Below, in pieces: positions 26,679 through 38,371 of a stretch of DNA of 64,000 nt. The position numbers and the translations under genes are program-made. Within the stretch, counting starts at the first letter, position 1, and every line of letters starts with the position of its first letter. The notes under the pieces were generated by a model, which did not search any database, was not told the origin of the DNA, and saw nothing but the letters and a program-made list of their open reading frames with translations. Source of the DNA: a virus (taxonomy: Duplodnaviria > Caudoviricetes). The stretch spans positions 35,065 through 99,064 of IMG/VR virus record IMGVR_UViG_3300028797_000135; one strand, given 5' to 3'.

Positions 26679-28268
26679 CTAAACCTCTCGATTATTGACC
26701 TTCAAATAAAATTTCTTGTTAGACGAATCTAACAACGTATTTTTAAATTCGAGCGTCGCTTGCGATACTGCTGAAATTTTGCTGAAAGCTGCGTTTTTCA
26801 CATCGCCAGTGCTATCAGAGGCGACATCGCCAAAGGCAACTGATGATGCCATATTGTTTGTCGTAACATTATTATTATTCGAATCCTTGTAGCGTTCGAA
26901 TATATTGCCCAAAGATGTTGCTACTTCCCATACAGGAGTACTGCTGGATGACGTATTTATCACGATAGCTTCCTTTGTAATCGGATTTCCACCCGAGTCC
27001 AACCAGCCATCAGCTGCGGTGGTTGCACCCTTGTAGTATATCCCTAGCCAACCTATTCCGCTGGTAGGTTCCTGAGTTATCGGTGTTAATGAAGTAATAT
27101 GATTATTACTATTGTTAACAGCTTTATATACATTCTCTCGCTGGAAATATCCAGAATAGTCTCCCCCGATGTCATTATAATCCATGTACGCAAATAGTTT
27201 ACCTGGGGTATTTCCTATTAGCATATAAAGTTTAGCCATCTTTTGGGCATAACTCAGGCCATTAAAAAAATTGGCATCAACAAAACCTAAAAATCCAATT
27301 AAAGATACATTCGCTATATACAATACGTCGTCGTTAAACCCAGAACTTTGATAACCACCTTTCCAGTAGAATATGTTATTCAAATCAACTACGGATAGCG
27401 ATTCGCCACTGGTAAGCTTTCCCATGTAAACATTGGATGCCGATTGGTAGTTTGCCGTCCTTTTATAGAACTTACTTGAATTGTCATTTGCTTCTTTATC
27501 AAACATCACGTCATTGGCACGCATGGTAAAGAACTTTGTATATAGATTGTTCTGCCGTTCAGGGTTGGATTCTTCGGATGAATTATCAACTTCCCCTACA
27601 TACAAAGCTACGCTTGGGTCAGTCGAGCTAACTGGGTATGAACTTGTTCTACCACTAACCGCATCATAATTGAAGGTAGAAGAGTAAAACGCTTTACCCG
27701 ACTCATACTTCATTGCAGTATCCCAGTCCATGGTGGAAAGTTCTCCCATATATTCATATAGACCGCAGTCGGATACTAACGTGTCTATGTTTCCATCCAA
27801 GCATATCTTTTTATAATTACCCACCTCACCTTGATAATACGCAAAATAATCAGGAGTTGAATCCGTCGTAGCCCACTGACCGTGTTTCCAGCAGATATAA
27901 TAAGTATGCCCCTCATAAAATTTCAAATTTGAAAACGTATGAGTCCTTAGATAACCTTGACAGCCATATATCTCTGTTGCGTTTGAGCCCTGTGTCGTAG
28001 ATTTGGCTACGCAATGATTGTCCTCCATTATCCACATAACGCCATCATTGGTAGTTCTATCAAGAAACACGCTTATGCTTGACACATTTTCAGTTAGCTT
28101 TGCTTCATATTCAATACATACCCACCGCTCATCGCCCATGATTAAGTTAAAAACTTTCTCCCAGACAAGAACATTGCCATAATACACCGCATCAACAGGG
28201 ATATTACCATAGAATATCCCATCAGTATTATGTCGGTTGAATGCTATAAGTCCATTTATCGCCATCAT
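26679..28268 (-). CDS. Tyr/Asn/Ser-rich putative fibre-tip or receptor-binding protein
   Basis: 529-aa ORF, visibly more AT-rich than its flanks; N-terminal VDAVYYGNVLVWEK motif is seen in small tail proteins; directly after the collagen. Confidence 0.55.
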   Translation of the reverse strand: MMAINGLIAFNRHNTDGIFYGNIPVDAVYYGNVLVWEKVFNLIMGDERWVCIEYEAKLTENVSSISVFLDRTTNDGVMWIMEDNHCVAKSTTQGSNATEIYGCQGYLRTHTFSNLKFYEGHTYYICWKHGQWATTDSTPDYFAYYQGEVGNYKKICLDGNIDTLVSDCGLYEYMGELSTMDWDTAMKYESGKAFYSSTFNYDAVSGRTSSYPVSSTDPSVALYVGEVDNSSEESNPERQNNLYTKFFTMRANDVMFDKEANDNSSKFYKRTANYQSASNVYMGKLTSGESLSVVDLNNIFYWKGGYQSSGFNDDVLYIANVSLIGFLGFVDANFFNGLSYAQKMAKLYMLIGNTPGKLFAYMDYNDIGGDYSGYFQRENVYKAVNNSNNHITSLTPITQEPTSGIGWLGIYYKGATTAADGWLDSGGNPITKEAIVINTSSSSTPVWEVATSLGNIFERYKDSNNNNVTTNNMASSVAFGDVASDSTGDVKNAAFSKISAVSQATLEFKNTLLDSSNKKFYLKVNNREV

Positions 28269-28286
28269 CCAACTCCCGTTGTCACA

Positions 28287-30306
<2,020 letters not shown>

Positions 30307-30330
30307 TAGTTTCTTTGTCTGTTGACTTCA

Positions 30331-30981
30331 CTACGTCAACGTGTTCAATTTGCCGATGTAGTTTCGAAGACCCGCAGCAAGCTTTGTCAGAAGCGGCTGG
30401 AACTTCGGAACTTGGTCCTGACTTCCCTGAGGGAACCAAGCGGCAGGGTCGGAAACAATCTGTGCCAACTGTTCCATAGAATTAAGAACAGCGGTTAGTT
30501 TCTGTCGGTCGTTCATTCCACTTTTGGCGGGTTGTCTGACCGATTCCATCTTTTGGCCCATCGCATACAGGTTTCCTTCAACGTCAGCGTGTTCTGTACC
30601 GTTAATCAGGTCGAGGGCGTTGTTTAACTCTTCGAGTCGTCCATCCGCATCAATCTGGTTACAGTAATCCCTTGTAGCGGCATCGGTATCGTCGCCATAC
30701 GGCGTTTCCACGATTCTCTGACCGCCAGGGAGCTTGCTCGGCCTTCCCTGTTGTCCCTGAGCATACCCAGGCTGTGCATAGCCCTGTCCTTCAAACTGAG
30801 GCGGGCGCTGCTGGTACGCACCTGGCGGCATAATGCCAGGGTTCACCATCGGCTGTTGATAACCCTGCTGGGGATAACCCTGCTGCGGATAGTATTGCGG
30901 CTGCTGAGGATATCCCTGCGGCTGTGCATATTGGGGTTGCTGAGGCTGTTGCGGCTGTCCAAAGTATTCGTTATTGTTCAT
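30331..30981 (-). CDS. protein with Gln/Pro/Tyr/Gly-rich N-terminus and helical C-terminus
   Basis: QPQQPQQPQYAQPQGYPQQ... repeats. Confidence 0.8.
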   Translation of the reverse strand: MNNNEYFGQPQQPQQPQYAQPQGYPQQPQYYPQQGYPQQGYQQPMVNPGIMPPGAYQQRPPQFEGQGYAQPGYAQGQQGRPSKLPGGQRIVETPYGDDTDAATRDYCNQIDADGRLEELNNALDLINGTEHADVEGNLYAMGQKMESVRQPAKSGMNDRQKLTAVLNSMEQLAQIVSDPAAWFPQGSQDQVPKFQPLLTKLAAGLRNYIGKLNTLT

Positions 30982-31023
30982 ATTCTACCTAGTAGGTGAT
31001 ATCATCTTTTAAAGTATATTTTT

Positions 31024-31686
31024 CTATTCCCTGTTGACATACAGGTTGATGTCATAATCGACCGAATCGATTCTGAATGTCTTCACGTACTTGAAGTGGA
31101 CTTGTCTCATCAGGTTGTTCGTAGTGTAGTCATCGGCAGGGCATACCAAGAACGTTGCAATCTTCTGTTCCAACAAATGGTTGACAAGTTCCTGTCCAAT
31201 AGGGTACTCGTTCATTTCAGAAGATACGACGAAATACTCGATTTCAAGCCTGTTGTCCAGATTGTACGCACTATGGAGAGAATACGCCTCTGCTGGGACA
31301 ATGTTCATGTAGTTTTCCTTTGTCGGGTCAGACAGCGTAAGTACACCGACAGGAATATCCTCGTATGTGATGTACTCCACCATGTCCGCATTCTTGATTT
31401 GTTCCACCGTATCTGGCTTAGATACAATACGCTTCAAGTTGCGGAAGTCATCACTGTACTTTCCGTCAATCAGCTTTCCCAGCTCATTCAACATGTTGTC
31501 GTCAATCTGACTCGGATTCTTGATATACAGCTTGAATTTATCATCAAACGGGCCACTGTTCGTCTGTCCGTCAATTTCAAATCCGTCGATTACCCCGCCA
31601 TCATCTTCAGGCTGGTATTCCTGTATAATCGATTCACCGCTTATAGCTTCAAACAACTCGTGTTCAGGAACGTCATTGAAATCCAT
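31024..31686 (-). CDS. GNAT-fold acetyltransferase-like protein
   Basis: EIEYFVVSSEMNEYPIGQELV...NNLMRQVHF resembles GNAT motifs A and B (degenerate). Confidence 0.55.
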   Translation of the reverse strand: MDFNDVPEHELFEAISGESIIQEYQPEDDGGVIDGFEIDGQTNSGPFDDKFKLYIKNPSQIDDNMLNELGKLIDGKYSDDFRNLKRIVSKPDTVEQIKNADMVEYITYEDIPVGVLTLSDPTKENYMNIVPAEAYSLHSAYNLDNRLEIEYFVVSSEMNEYPIGQELVNHLLEQKIATFLVCPADDYTTNNLMRQVHFKYVKTFRIDSVDYDINLYVNRE

Positions 31687-31695
31687 GTCAACCCC

Positions 31696-32313
31696 CTAAA
31701 TCGCATCGCCCGCTACCATTGACGGGTCTTCCTCTACTTGTTCACCTTCCCCAGCAACCTCACCAGTATCATCACCAGCAACTTCGCCGTCAGGCACTAC
31801 GTCAACCTCTGGGCCAGGTTGCTCTGGCGTCGGCTGGATAGAGTTAATCATGTCAAGCGATTGGTTAGTCATGTCAGAATCCCCATTGACAGACCCAGCA
31901 TCAACAGGTTCGTTCATTGCAATACCCATTCCACTGATGTCGTCAGGCTCTGGATTCATACTGTTGGCCCAATCAGCAGCCGTATCCCAGTCGTTAATTG
32001 CATCAACACTGAACGGATTTGCACCTGGGGCCTGCTCGGTAGTCGTCGGCTTGTCCTCTGGGATATCCACTTCAGGATGCTTCAAATCGACCGTCACCTT
32101 TTTAGTGGCATCCTTCACAACGTCGTACGGAGTCTTTGAGTTTACGTACGCAGCTGGATTCATCATCCTCTTTTGCTGCTCTTCACGGATTTGTGCATCA
32201 AGCTTTGCCGCAACGGTTCCCTGACTTTCGCCAGTTTGCGCAGCCAAGGTTCCCGCAATCGGCGTCCCGCTTCTAAGAGGATTGACCGAGAAATCAAGGG
32301 TATCTTCATTCAT
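31696..32313 (-). CDS. acidic, disordered hypothetical protein
   Basis: 205-aa ORF with SD AGAGG. Confidence 0.75.
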   Translation of the reverse strand: MNEDTLDFSVNPLRSGTPIAGTLAAQTGESQGTVAAKLDAQIREEQQKRMMNPAAYVNSKTPYDVVKDATKKVTVDLKHPEVDIPEDKPTTTEQAPGANPFSVDAINDWDTAADWANSMNPEPDDISGMGIAMNEPVDAGSVNGDSDMTNQSLDMINSIQPTPEQPGPEVDVVPDGEVAGDDTGEVAGEGEQVEEDPSMVAGDAI

Positions 32314-32325
32314 AGCATCTACCTC

Positions 32326-33942
32326 TTATACAGGGGAAGCATTCTCATCAACAGGGGCAGCGGCTTCACCACCAAGATTCGGCAGCTCTTCGCTCGTGTT
32401 TTCGCTAATCTTGTCAACTTCTCCGATTTGATTGATGTCAGGTTCACCACCGAATGCAGCACCAGAGTCATCTGCTGGCATTCCTTCCATGCCAGACATG
32501 TCGCCTGTGACATCACCGCCAACGGCACCCATGTCACCACCAAAGCCAGCACCACCAGCGGCACCCATGTCACCGCCAAAGCCAGCACCGCCCATAGCAC
32601 CGCCCATGTCGCCTCCAAAGCCAGCACCACCCATAGCACCGCCCATGTCACCGCCAAAACCAGCACCGCCCATGTCGCCGCCCATAGCATCGGCTGCGCC
32701 ATTAGCCGCTTCCGTTCCATCAGAAGGAAGGTCAACATTATCCAAGCCGTCTTTAGTTTCAGTACCCTGAAGACCGATACCCTTACGCTTATATAGCTCC
32801 TTCATTGTCGGATTACTCAAAATCCATGCCTCGAAATCCATAGCGGAATTCACGTCGTTGCTGTTGAGGAAATGCTCGAATTCGTTCATCTCCTTTCCAG
32901 ACACCATTCCATCAAAAGCCTTATACTGTTCTTGGAATTTAGCAATCAGCGTGTCAGCACTCCAATCCTTGGCAATGCCTCTCGTTCCATCACGCACCTG
33001 CTTTGCAGTTAGATATTCTCCTGCCGAAGATTCTCTGGACTGTTCAGCAATAGTATCGGCAACGATTGTTGCAAGCTTTTTCAATGTTCCTGTCTCTGGG
33101 TCCGTATTGAGTATGCCTCGGCAAGCGTCTGCGAAATTTACGTCGTCCTCGGGATTGTCTATATCACCGCCAAGGGCAGCAGCTCCGCCTGCGGCTCCAC
33201 CAGCACCACCGCCCATGTCGCCACCGCCCATTGCACCAGCGACATCAGCAGCATCCGCACTAAAATCGGCTTCACCAAATCCGCCTGCATCACCACCGCC
33301 CATATCAGATTCCATGATGGCATTGGTCATTTTCAGAAGACCACGCATATCGGCGGACATGATTGGCTGATATCCAAATTCATCGGTAGAATAGATATCA
33401 TCTTCCTCGGCCATTTCCTCAGCTTCCTTGATTGCGGTGTCGCAACAACTGATGATGGTACGACCAAATCCGTTGATATAATGTTCGGAATCCAGAGAAA
33501 GTTCAAACATCTTTTCAGCAACGTCATCAACGTTGTATCTAATCGTAATGTTTCCATTATCGTTAGGATAAAGCATGTCAACAATTACTGAATGATTCCT
33601 TCTCGTAATTTTAAACTTTGCATGGGCAGCATCGCAAACAACATTACCAAGGTCAAGACGGAATAGAGACTGACCGACAGCCTGTGTCGCAGCCTCGGTC
33701 AAAGCCTTCTTCAAAATCGTCTGTATCGTGGTATATGGATGCGGGTTGCAATCCTTATTTATCTTCTTGGCGAGCTCACCCCAGTTAGTGCCTTTCTCGC
33801 CACGGACGTGCTTGCCCTGAATAGATGCCACAAGATTCCTCACCGTCTCGATGGACACAGTCTTTGCTGGCTTGACTGGGCCACTTTCCGTGTGGACATA
33901 ACCAAAAGTGCTGTTGTTATTCATACCTATGAACTCCGACAT
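32326..33942 (-). CDS. acidic Gly-rich protein with GGDMGGAMGGAGF repeats
   Basis: 538-aa ORF; tandem coding repeats near 32500-32690; late box upstream. Confidence 0.8.
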   Translation of the reverse strand: MSEFIGMNNNSTFGYVHTESGPVKPAKTVSIETVRNLVASIQGKHVRGEKGTNWGELAKKINKDCNPHPYTTIQTILKKALTEAATQAVGQSLFRLDLGNVVCDAAHAKFKITRRNHSVIVDMLYPNDNGNITIRYNVDDVAEKMFELSLDSEHYINGFGRTIISCCDTAIKEAEEMAEEDDIYSTDEFGYQPIMSADMRGLLKMTNAIMESDMGGGDAGGFGEADFSADAADVAGAMGGGDMGGGAGGAAGGAAALGGDIDNPEDDVNFADACRGILNTDPETGTLKKLATIVADTIAEQSRESSAGEYLTAKQVRDGTRGIAKDWSADTLIAKFQEQYKAFDGMVSGKEMNEFEHFLNSNDVNSAMDFEAWILSNPTMKELYKRKGIGLQGTETKDGLDNVDLPSDGTEAANGAADAMGGDMGGAGFGGDMGGAMGGAGFGGDMGGAMGGAGFGGDMGAAGGAGFGGDMGAVGGDVTGDMSGMEGMPADDSGAAFGGEPDINQIGEVDKISENTSEELPNLGGEAAAPVDENASPV

Positions 33943-33958
33943 ATAGTCTAATCATTCA

Positions 33959-33967
33959 TAGTTTATA
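33959..33967 (-). promoter_or_regulatory. putative late promoter box TATAAACTA
   Basis: 16 nt upstream of ATG 33942; its TAA is the stop of the upstream gene. Confidence 0.65.
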
Positions 33968-36302
33968 ATATCGGGGCATCCTTCAACTTGGCCAGACGGT
34001 GCTGCCAACGTAAAACAAAATTGATTTGGTCTTCTTCCCAGTCATCGCCACCGACATAATCCATGTAGTCTATGCAGGTTACAACATTCGTGTCCATTAC
34101 GCACACCCTCTGGCGGCACTCATGGCAGAACATCGAAAGTTCAGCGGCAATGTGGTCATCCCCGATTACATAGCCATTCAGTATGCGGACACGGAGAATG
34201 TCAGGTATCATGCTAGCCCTGATAGCGAATACGGGGCCTCCTAGAATGTTCACATCGGTAAGCTGTCCGAACCCGAGTTCACCTATGATTTTTCTGGTGC
34301 TGTTATCCTTAACGGACAACCCTTCATAACATCCATAGGAATCGTGGCTGTCATGCCAGTTGAACGAGCTAGGAACCGTTTTCCAGCCATATACGCCAAC
34401 CATACCAACATCAGTAGGAAGCCTGTCAAGTTTTTCCTTCCAGAAAATGTCAGATATGCAGGTAGAGCTGTCCATGTAAATGAACCAGTCTGGCGGACAA
34501 CTGAATGTTTCCTCCTCCATTTTGAACATTCCCGAGAACAACGCCTTGACACTCAGGGAAACCCTGTTCGCACTGTTCTTCCTCGTAAAGAAGTGGTTCG
34601 GATGGTACACATAGTCGTATGTCTTGTAGCCGCCATCGAACCTCTTGTACATATCCACATTGCCCCTCTTGTATATGCAACGGAACACCTGTGGCGATGT
34701 CAACGACTTGACAACATCGTTAGTTGTAACGGCAGGATTCTTGACGGGGGTCAAGCCGAGGATTCCTCTCATCTTGTTGTCGTGTTCTATTTCCTTCTGC
34801 TTAATCTTTTTCAGGAGGCGTTTCTTTTCATCATGAACAAGGCGAGGTTCGTTAATCTTCGTGTCAAGCGCAAGGGTAACGTCATCGTCCGTAACCTCGT
34901 GGTACTGGTACGGGCTTTTCTTCCTACTTTCGACACACTTCTTGTGCATCATGATAATGGAGAACTTGCCCTTCTTGTAACGCAGGGCATTTTCCTCCTT
35001 GTCAATCTTCAGTTTCTTCCTGATAAATTCACGGGTGATGTCAATGAAGTTTCCACCCTTGATTAAAGCCTCGATATCGACATAGTTGATACCAATCATC
35101 ACTTCCTTAATCTTGCTGTCATGATAGGTAGACCAAGTCATTATCTTTCCAGAAGCCAGTTTTACATGGACCTTTTCGCTATCCTTTGCATAAGTGTCAA
35201 TCCACTTATCATTGACACCGTATCTGTTCTTGATGTGCCTCCTAGTGATGAACTCTCTCCCGAGTCCATACAGGTTTCCGCAATCCCTTTCGTAAATGTA
35301 CCTATCAAGGTCTTCCACGAGGAACATTGCAAAGCCTTTTCCTGAACGGCTGAGCTTTGAACCGTTTGCCTTTCGTACAGGGCGTATCAGCTTCCGTTCG
35401 TATCTAGCACGTAGCCATTCCTTCTTGTTAGCCCCGACGTATATCCTAGCCATGTCACTAGAAATGATGTCCTTCAACGGGTTGTAAATAGAGGTGTCAC
35501 CCTTGTGTGAAGCAATGAATTTCCTTATGTCGTCAGATGAGTACCTGTCAGTAACATAACCATCCACCGTCTTCATCTTCCTTGGCTTGTACACAGCAAA
35601 GAACTCATTTGACTTGGCAGTGTTGCCGATAACGTCAACGACATCCTCAAACGAAATCGTTGCGTTAGCCTTCGCCAACATATCAAGGAAACGGTTATGG
35701 CGGTTATACACATCCAAGTCCTTCTTGTAATAAACGATATGCTTCTCGCCATCGGTTGAAACCTGTTCCTTGAACGGAATATCCTGTGCAATCGACTCGA
35801 ACTTTTCCTGAGACACCCCAAGGTATTCTGCAGCTTCCATTCGTCCAAACGTGGAAAACGGAAGGTCTTTCCTCCTGAACTCGATAGACAGGAGCTTGCA
35901 CCGTTCCACCACCTCTGGTTCACGATACAGACGGTCGCCGTTGCTGTCGAGAATGTAGAACAGGTTGTGCAGGATATCCCTGTCATATACCCATTCCACG
36001 GTACGGTTCAGGTTGCGGCAGATGTATTTCAGGCTGATATACTTTACGTTGTCCTTCAACACACGGTCCGCCTCGGAAAGCTCATACAGACCGTACTCCA
36101 CATTGGATTGGAGCAACTGTTTCGTATCAGTCGGAATCTCGTACTTTATTTCGTCATAGTTAACCTTTCCGGAGGATTCCTCCTTCAAGAAATCCATGCT
36201 TGCAATCTCCTCGTCGTTGACAACGGGGGAGATGTCATAATCGGATGCAAGAGCAAGCGTGTCTTGCGGTAGTTTCCAAAGCTCGTCGTGTATCGGTTTC
36301 AT
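33963..36302 (-). CDS. multi-HTH (MerR/excisionase-like repeats) protein fused to a C-terminal glycosyltransferase-like domain
   Basis: About five repeats such as FGRMEAAEYLGVS...YYKKDLD; C-terminal WFIYMDS...VGMVGVYG...GGPVFAIR...AELSMFCHECRQRVCV is GT-A-like. Confidence 0.55.
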   Translation of the reverse strand: MKPIHDELWKLPQDTLALASDYDISPVVNDEEIASMDFLKEESSGKVNYDEIKYEIPTDTKQLLQSNVEYGLYELSEADRVLKDNVKYISLKYICRNLNRTVEWVYDRDILHNLFYILDSNGDRLYREPEVVERCKLLSIEFRRKDLPFSTFGRMEAAEYLGVSQEKFESIAQDIPFKEQVSTDGEKHIVYYKKDLDVYNRHNRFLDMLAKANATISFEDVVDVIGNTAKSNEFFAVYKPRKMKTVDGYVTDRYSSDDIRKFIASHKGDTSIYNPLKDIISSDMARIYVGANKKEWLRARYERKLIRPVRKANGSKLSRSGKGFAMFLVEDLDRYIYERDCGNLYGLGREFITRRHIKNRYGVNDKWIDTYAKDSEKVHVKLASGKIMTWSTYHDSKIKEVMIGINYVDIEALIKGGNFIDITREFIRKKLKIDKEENALRYKKGKFSIIMMHKKCVESRKKSPYQYHEVTDDDVTLALDTKINEPRLVHDEKKRLLKKIKQKEIEHDNKMRGILGLTPVKNPAVTTNDVVKSLTSPQVFRCIYKRGNVDMYKRFDGGYKTYDYVYHPNHFFTRKNSANRVSLSVKALFSGMFKMEEETFSCPPDWFIYMDSSTCISDIFWKEKLDRLPTDVGMVGVYGWKTVPSSFNWHDSHDSYGCYEGLSVKDNSTRKIIGELGFGQLTDVNILGGPVFAIRASMIPDILRVRILNGYVIGDDHIAAELSMFCHECRQRVCVMDTNVVTCIDYMDYVGGDDWEEDQINFVLRWQHRLAKLKDAPIL

Positions 36303-36325
36303 CTTGATATAAAATACAATATTTG

Positions 36326-36360
36326 AATGGGGGTCCCCCGTGAGATAGGAACCCCCATTC
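36326..36360. terminator. strong hairpin closing the prohead operon
   Basis: GAATGGGGGT...ACCCCCATTC; the U-tract is weak. Confidence 0.5.
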
Positions 36361-36383
36361 GTTTGGTGTACAGTGGAAACTGG

Positions 36384-37337
36384 TTAGATGAACACGTTCA
36401 TTCCTGCGTTCAGTGCCTGCCTGACATCATCATCGGCAACACCGCCTTCCAGCGAAGTGGGCTGGGACAGCATTTCCTTGGTCACATCAGGGCTGTTATA
36501 CACCTTGTTCTTAGATAGTCCCTGCCCAAGGGCTTCAAATGCAGCATTCTTGCTGCCGAAGCCTACGGAGGCCAGTTTGGGTGCGGGGCGTACCTTTTTG
36601 CCGACAGCGGCGTTTCCACCAGCGGGATATCTTACCTCGTTCACTTTGAGGTTGTTCTTGCGATAGTTGTCCAGACCGTTCTCGGCGATATCGTCGTTCA
36701 TCAGGCTGTCCGCTATCTCGTTAAGTTCATTCATATCAACTTGGTTCGGGGCCTTGATTTCTCCGATACCGCTAAATTCTCTGCTCGTAATAGAGTTGGA
36801 ATCAATACCGTTGATATAGTTAAATATGTCTTCTCGTTTCAGGTCGTCAAGGGAAATGTCCCTATTCGGGTCGGTGAAGTATTCGACTGCCCTTTGCTGA
36901 ATCTCTGGACGATAACCGTTGGTTTCACGGAGAACCTTGTCGGTAATCTTGGCGTACATAAGCTGCTTCATAGCACGCTTGTACTCAACCACCTTTTCTT
37001 GGAGTTCCGTCTTCAGCTGGGCAACCGTTTTCTTGGCTTCCCTTTCCTGCGTAGTTTCTATCTGGCATTCTTCAAGGACATTTACAATCTTTTGCAAAGC
37101 CTCGAAGAGCTTGCCCTTGACGGCGTTCTCGCCCATGCTGTCCACTTTCTTCTGAACAGCAGGTTTAACCAACGCATCCCATTGCCCAGATACGGCCTCG
37201 ACCAAGGACTTGAACTGGCGGTCGCCCCTAGCCTCGTAGTCAGCTATCGCCTTATTGCAATTCGATTCAATCTTTGTTACAATATCAGGGGCGATACTAC
37301 CTAGTTCTTCTTGTGTTAAAAAATCTGACAGTTGCAT
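36384..37337 (-). CDS. prohead core scaffolding protein, T4 gp22-like
   Basis: Coiled-coil protein directly downstream of the prohead protease (T4 gene order 21-22); several (F/V/L)E(A/G) sites. Confidence 0.6.
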   Translation of the reverse strand: MQLSDFLTQEELGSIAPDIVTKIESNCNKAIADYEARGDRQFKSLVEAVSGQWDALVKPAVQKKVDSMGENAVKGKLFEALQKIVNVLEECQIETTQEREAKKTVAQLKTELQEKVVEYKRAMKQLMYAKITDKVLRETNGYRPEIQQRAVEYFTDPNRDISLDDLKREDIFNYINGIDSNSITSREFSGIGEIKAPNQVDMNELNEIADSLMNDDIAENGLDNYRKNNLKVNEVRYPAGGNAAVGKKVRPAPKLASVGFGSKNAAFEALGQGLSKNKVYNSPDVTKEMLSQPTSLEGGVADDDVRQALNAGMNVFI

Positions 37338-37342
37338 ATATC

Positions 37343-38071
37343 TCACCTTGTACGCAAATAGTTAAGCAGTGCATCCTTGTTATAAACGTGAAACCTGTCA
37401 GTGCGGAAATCCATGTTACGATTAAGTACAATTTCCTTGCCGTAACGCTCAATGCACTCGGTAAGAATCTTGTGGGACTTTCTCTTTCCAGCGTCGCTTT
37501 CAAAGTGGCTCGTGATAAGCGCCTTGTTGTCGAAGCTCGGGTTTCCAACAACGTCAACAGTAATCAAAGTATAATCAGGGTCGATTTCTTCATAACCAGT
37601 GGGAAGCTTGATTGTGTCACCAGCACCACGCAAAGAGTAACCTGGGGTGTAGCCAGCCTTGATTAGACCAGCAAGGTTTCTACCAGCGTCAGTATCTTCG
37701 GCGACAACCATGCGGCAATAAAGATTCTTTCCCTCCATACGGAGTTCTTCGATAACAGCACAAGTCTTCCACAGATTCATTTCAAAAATTGGGTAATCCT
37801 TCGGGTTTCCCTCAATGTCTACACGAGGGTGGTTCAACTCCGCTGCGAGTCGTCCAAGGCGAATCTTCGTCCTGTTCAGCTTTTCAACTTCCCTTGCGAT
37901 GATTGCCCTAGGATATGAACGACCATTAATACCTGGCTCGTCACAAACAATAGCTGTGCCTTCCAGAATGAGTCTTTTCACCTTATTACCAAACACGTCG
38001 GTGCGTTCCGCAACAGTCACCTTGCTGTCGTCAAAATTCGGAACGCCAATAATTTCCCGTACCTTTCCCAT
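37343..38071 (-). CDS. prohead core protease, T4 gp21-like
   Basis: LEG...NGRSYP, AELNHP, GYSLRGAG and LITVDVVGNPS catalytic motifs; alternative GTG start at 38089. Confidence 0.92.
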   Translation of the reverse strand: MGKVREIIGVPNFDDSKVTVAERTDVFGNKVKRLILEGTAIVCDEPGINGRSYPRAIIAREVEKLNRTKIRLGRLAAELNHPRVDIEGNPKDYPIFEMNLWKTCAVIEELRMEGKNLYCRMVVAEDTDAGRNLAGLIKAGYTPGYSLRGAGDTIKLPTGYEEIDPDYTLITVDVVGNPSFDNKALITSHFESDAGKRKSHKILTECIERYGKEIVLNRNMDFRTDRFHVYNKDALLNYLRTR

Positions 38072-38085
38072 GACGCTTCCCCTAC

Positions 38086-38265
38086 TCACGCCTTCTTGGG
38101 TGAGTTAATACTTTCCATGACTATCTTGGTTTTCTCTTTCGTACAGATGCTATACGCAGATTCCATATAGGCATTGACGAGCTTCTCCACATTGGTGGAG
38201 TCGCCATTAAGCAGATAGCTTATCAGCGAGCGAGCGTCATTGTCTTTAAGTCCTGGTATTGGCAT
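38086..38265 (-). CDS. small prohead core protein, T4 gp67-like
   Basis: LISYLLNGDSTNVEKLVNAYMESAYSICTKEKTKIVMES resembles the gp67 pattern; located upstream of gp21. Confidence 0.55.
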   Translation of the reverse strand: MPIPGLKDNDARSLISYLLNGDSTNVEKLVNAYMESAYSICTKEKTKIVMESINSPKKA

Positions 38266-38299
38266 CACCGAAACCCACAATAATCATTACATTCGTATA

Positions 38300-38308
38300 T
38301 AGTTTATA
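38300..38308 (-). promoter_or_regulatory. putative late promoter box TATAAACTA
   Basis: Heads the gp67-gp21-gp22 operon. Confidence 0.7.
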
Positions 38309-38371
38309 ACGGAGAACGTCTGGCCACCATCTCGTGATGCTGGCCTCATATACTAAAATACGTTTTTTCGA

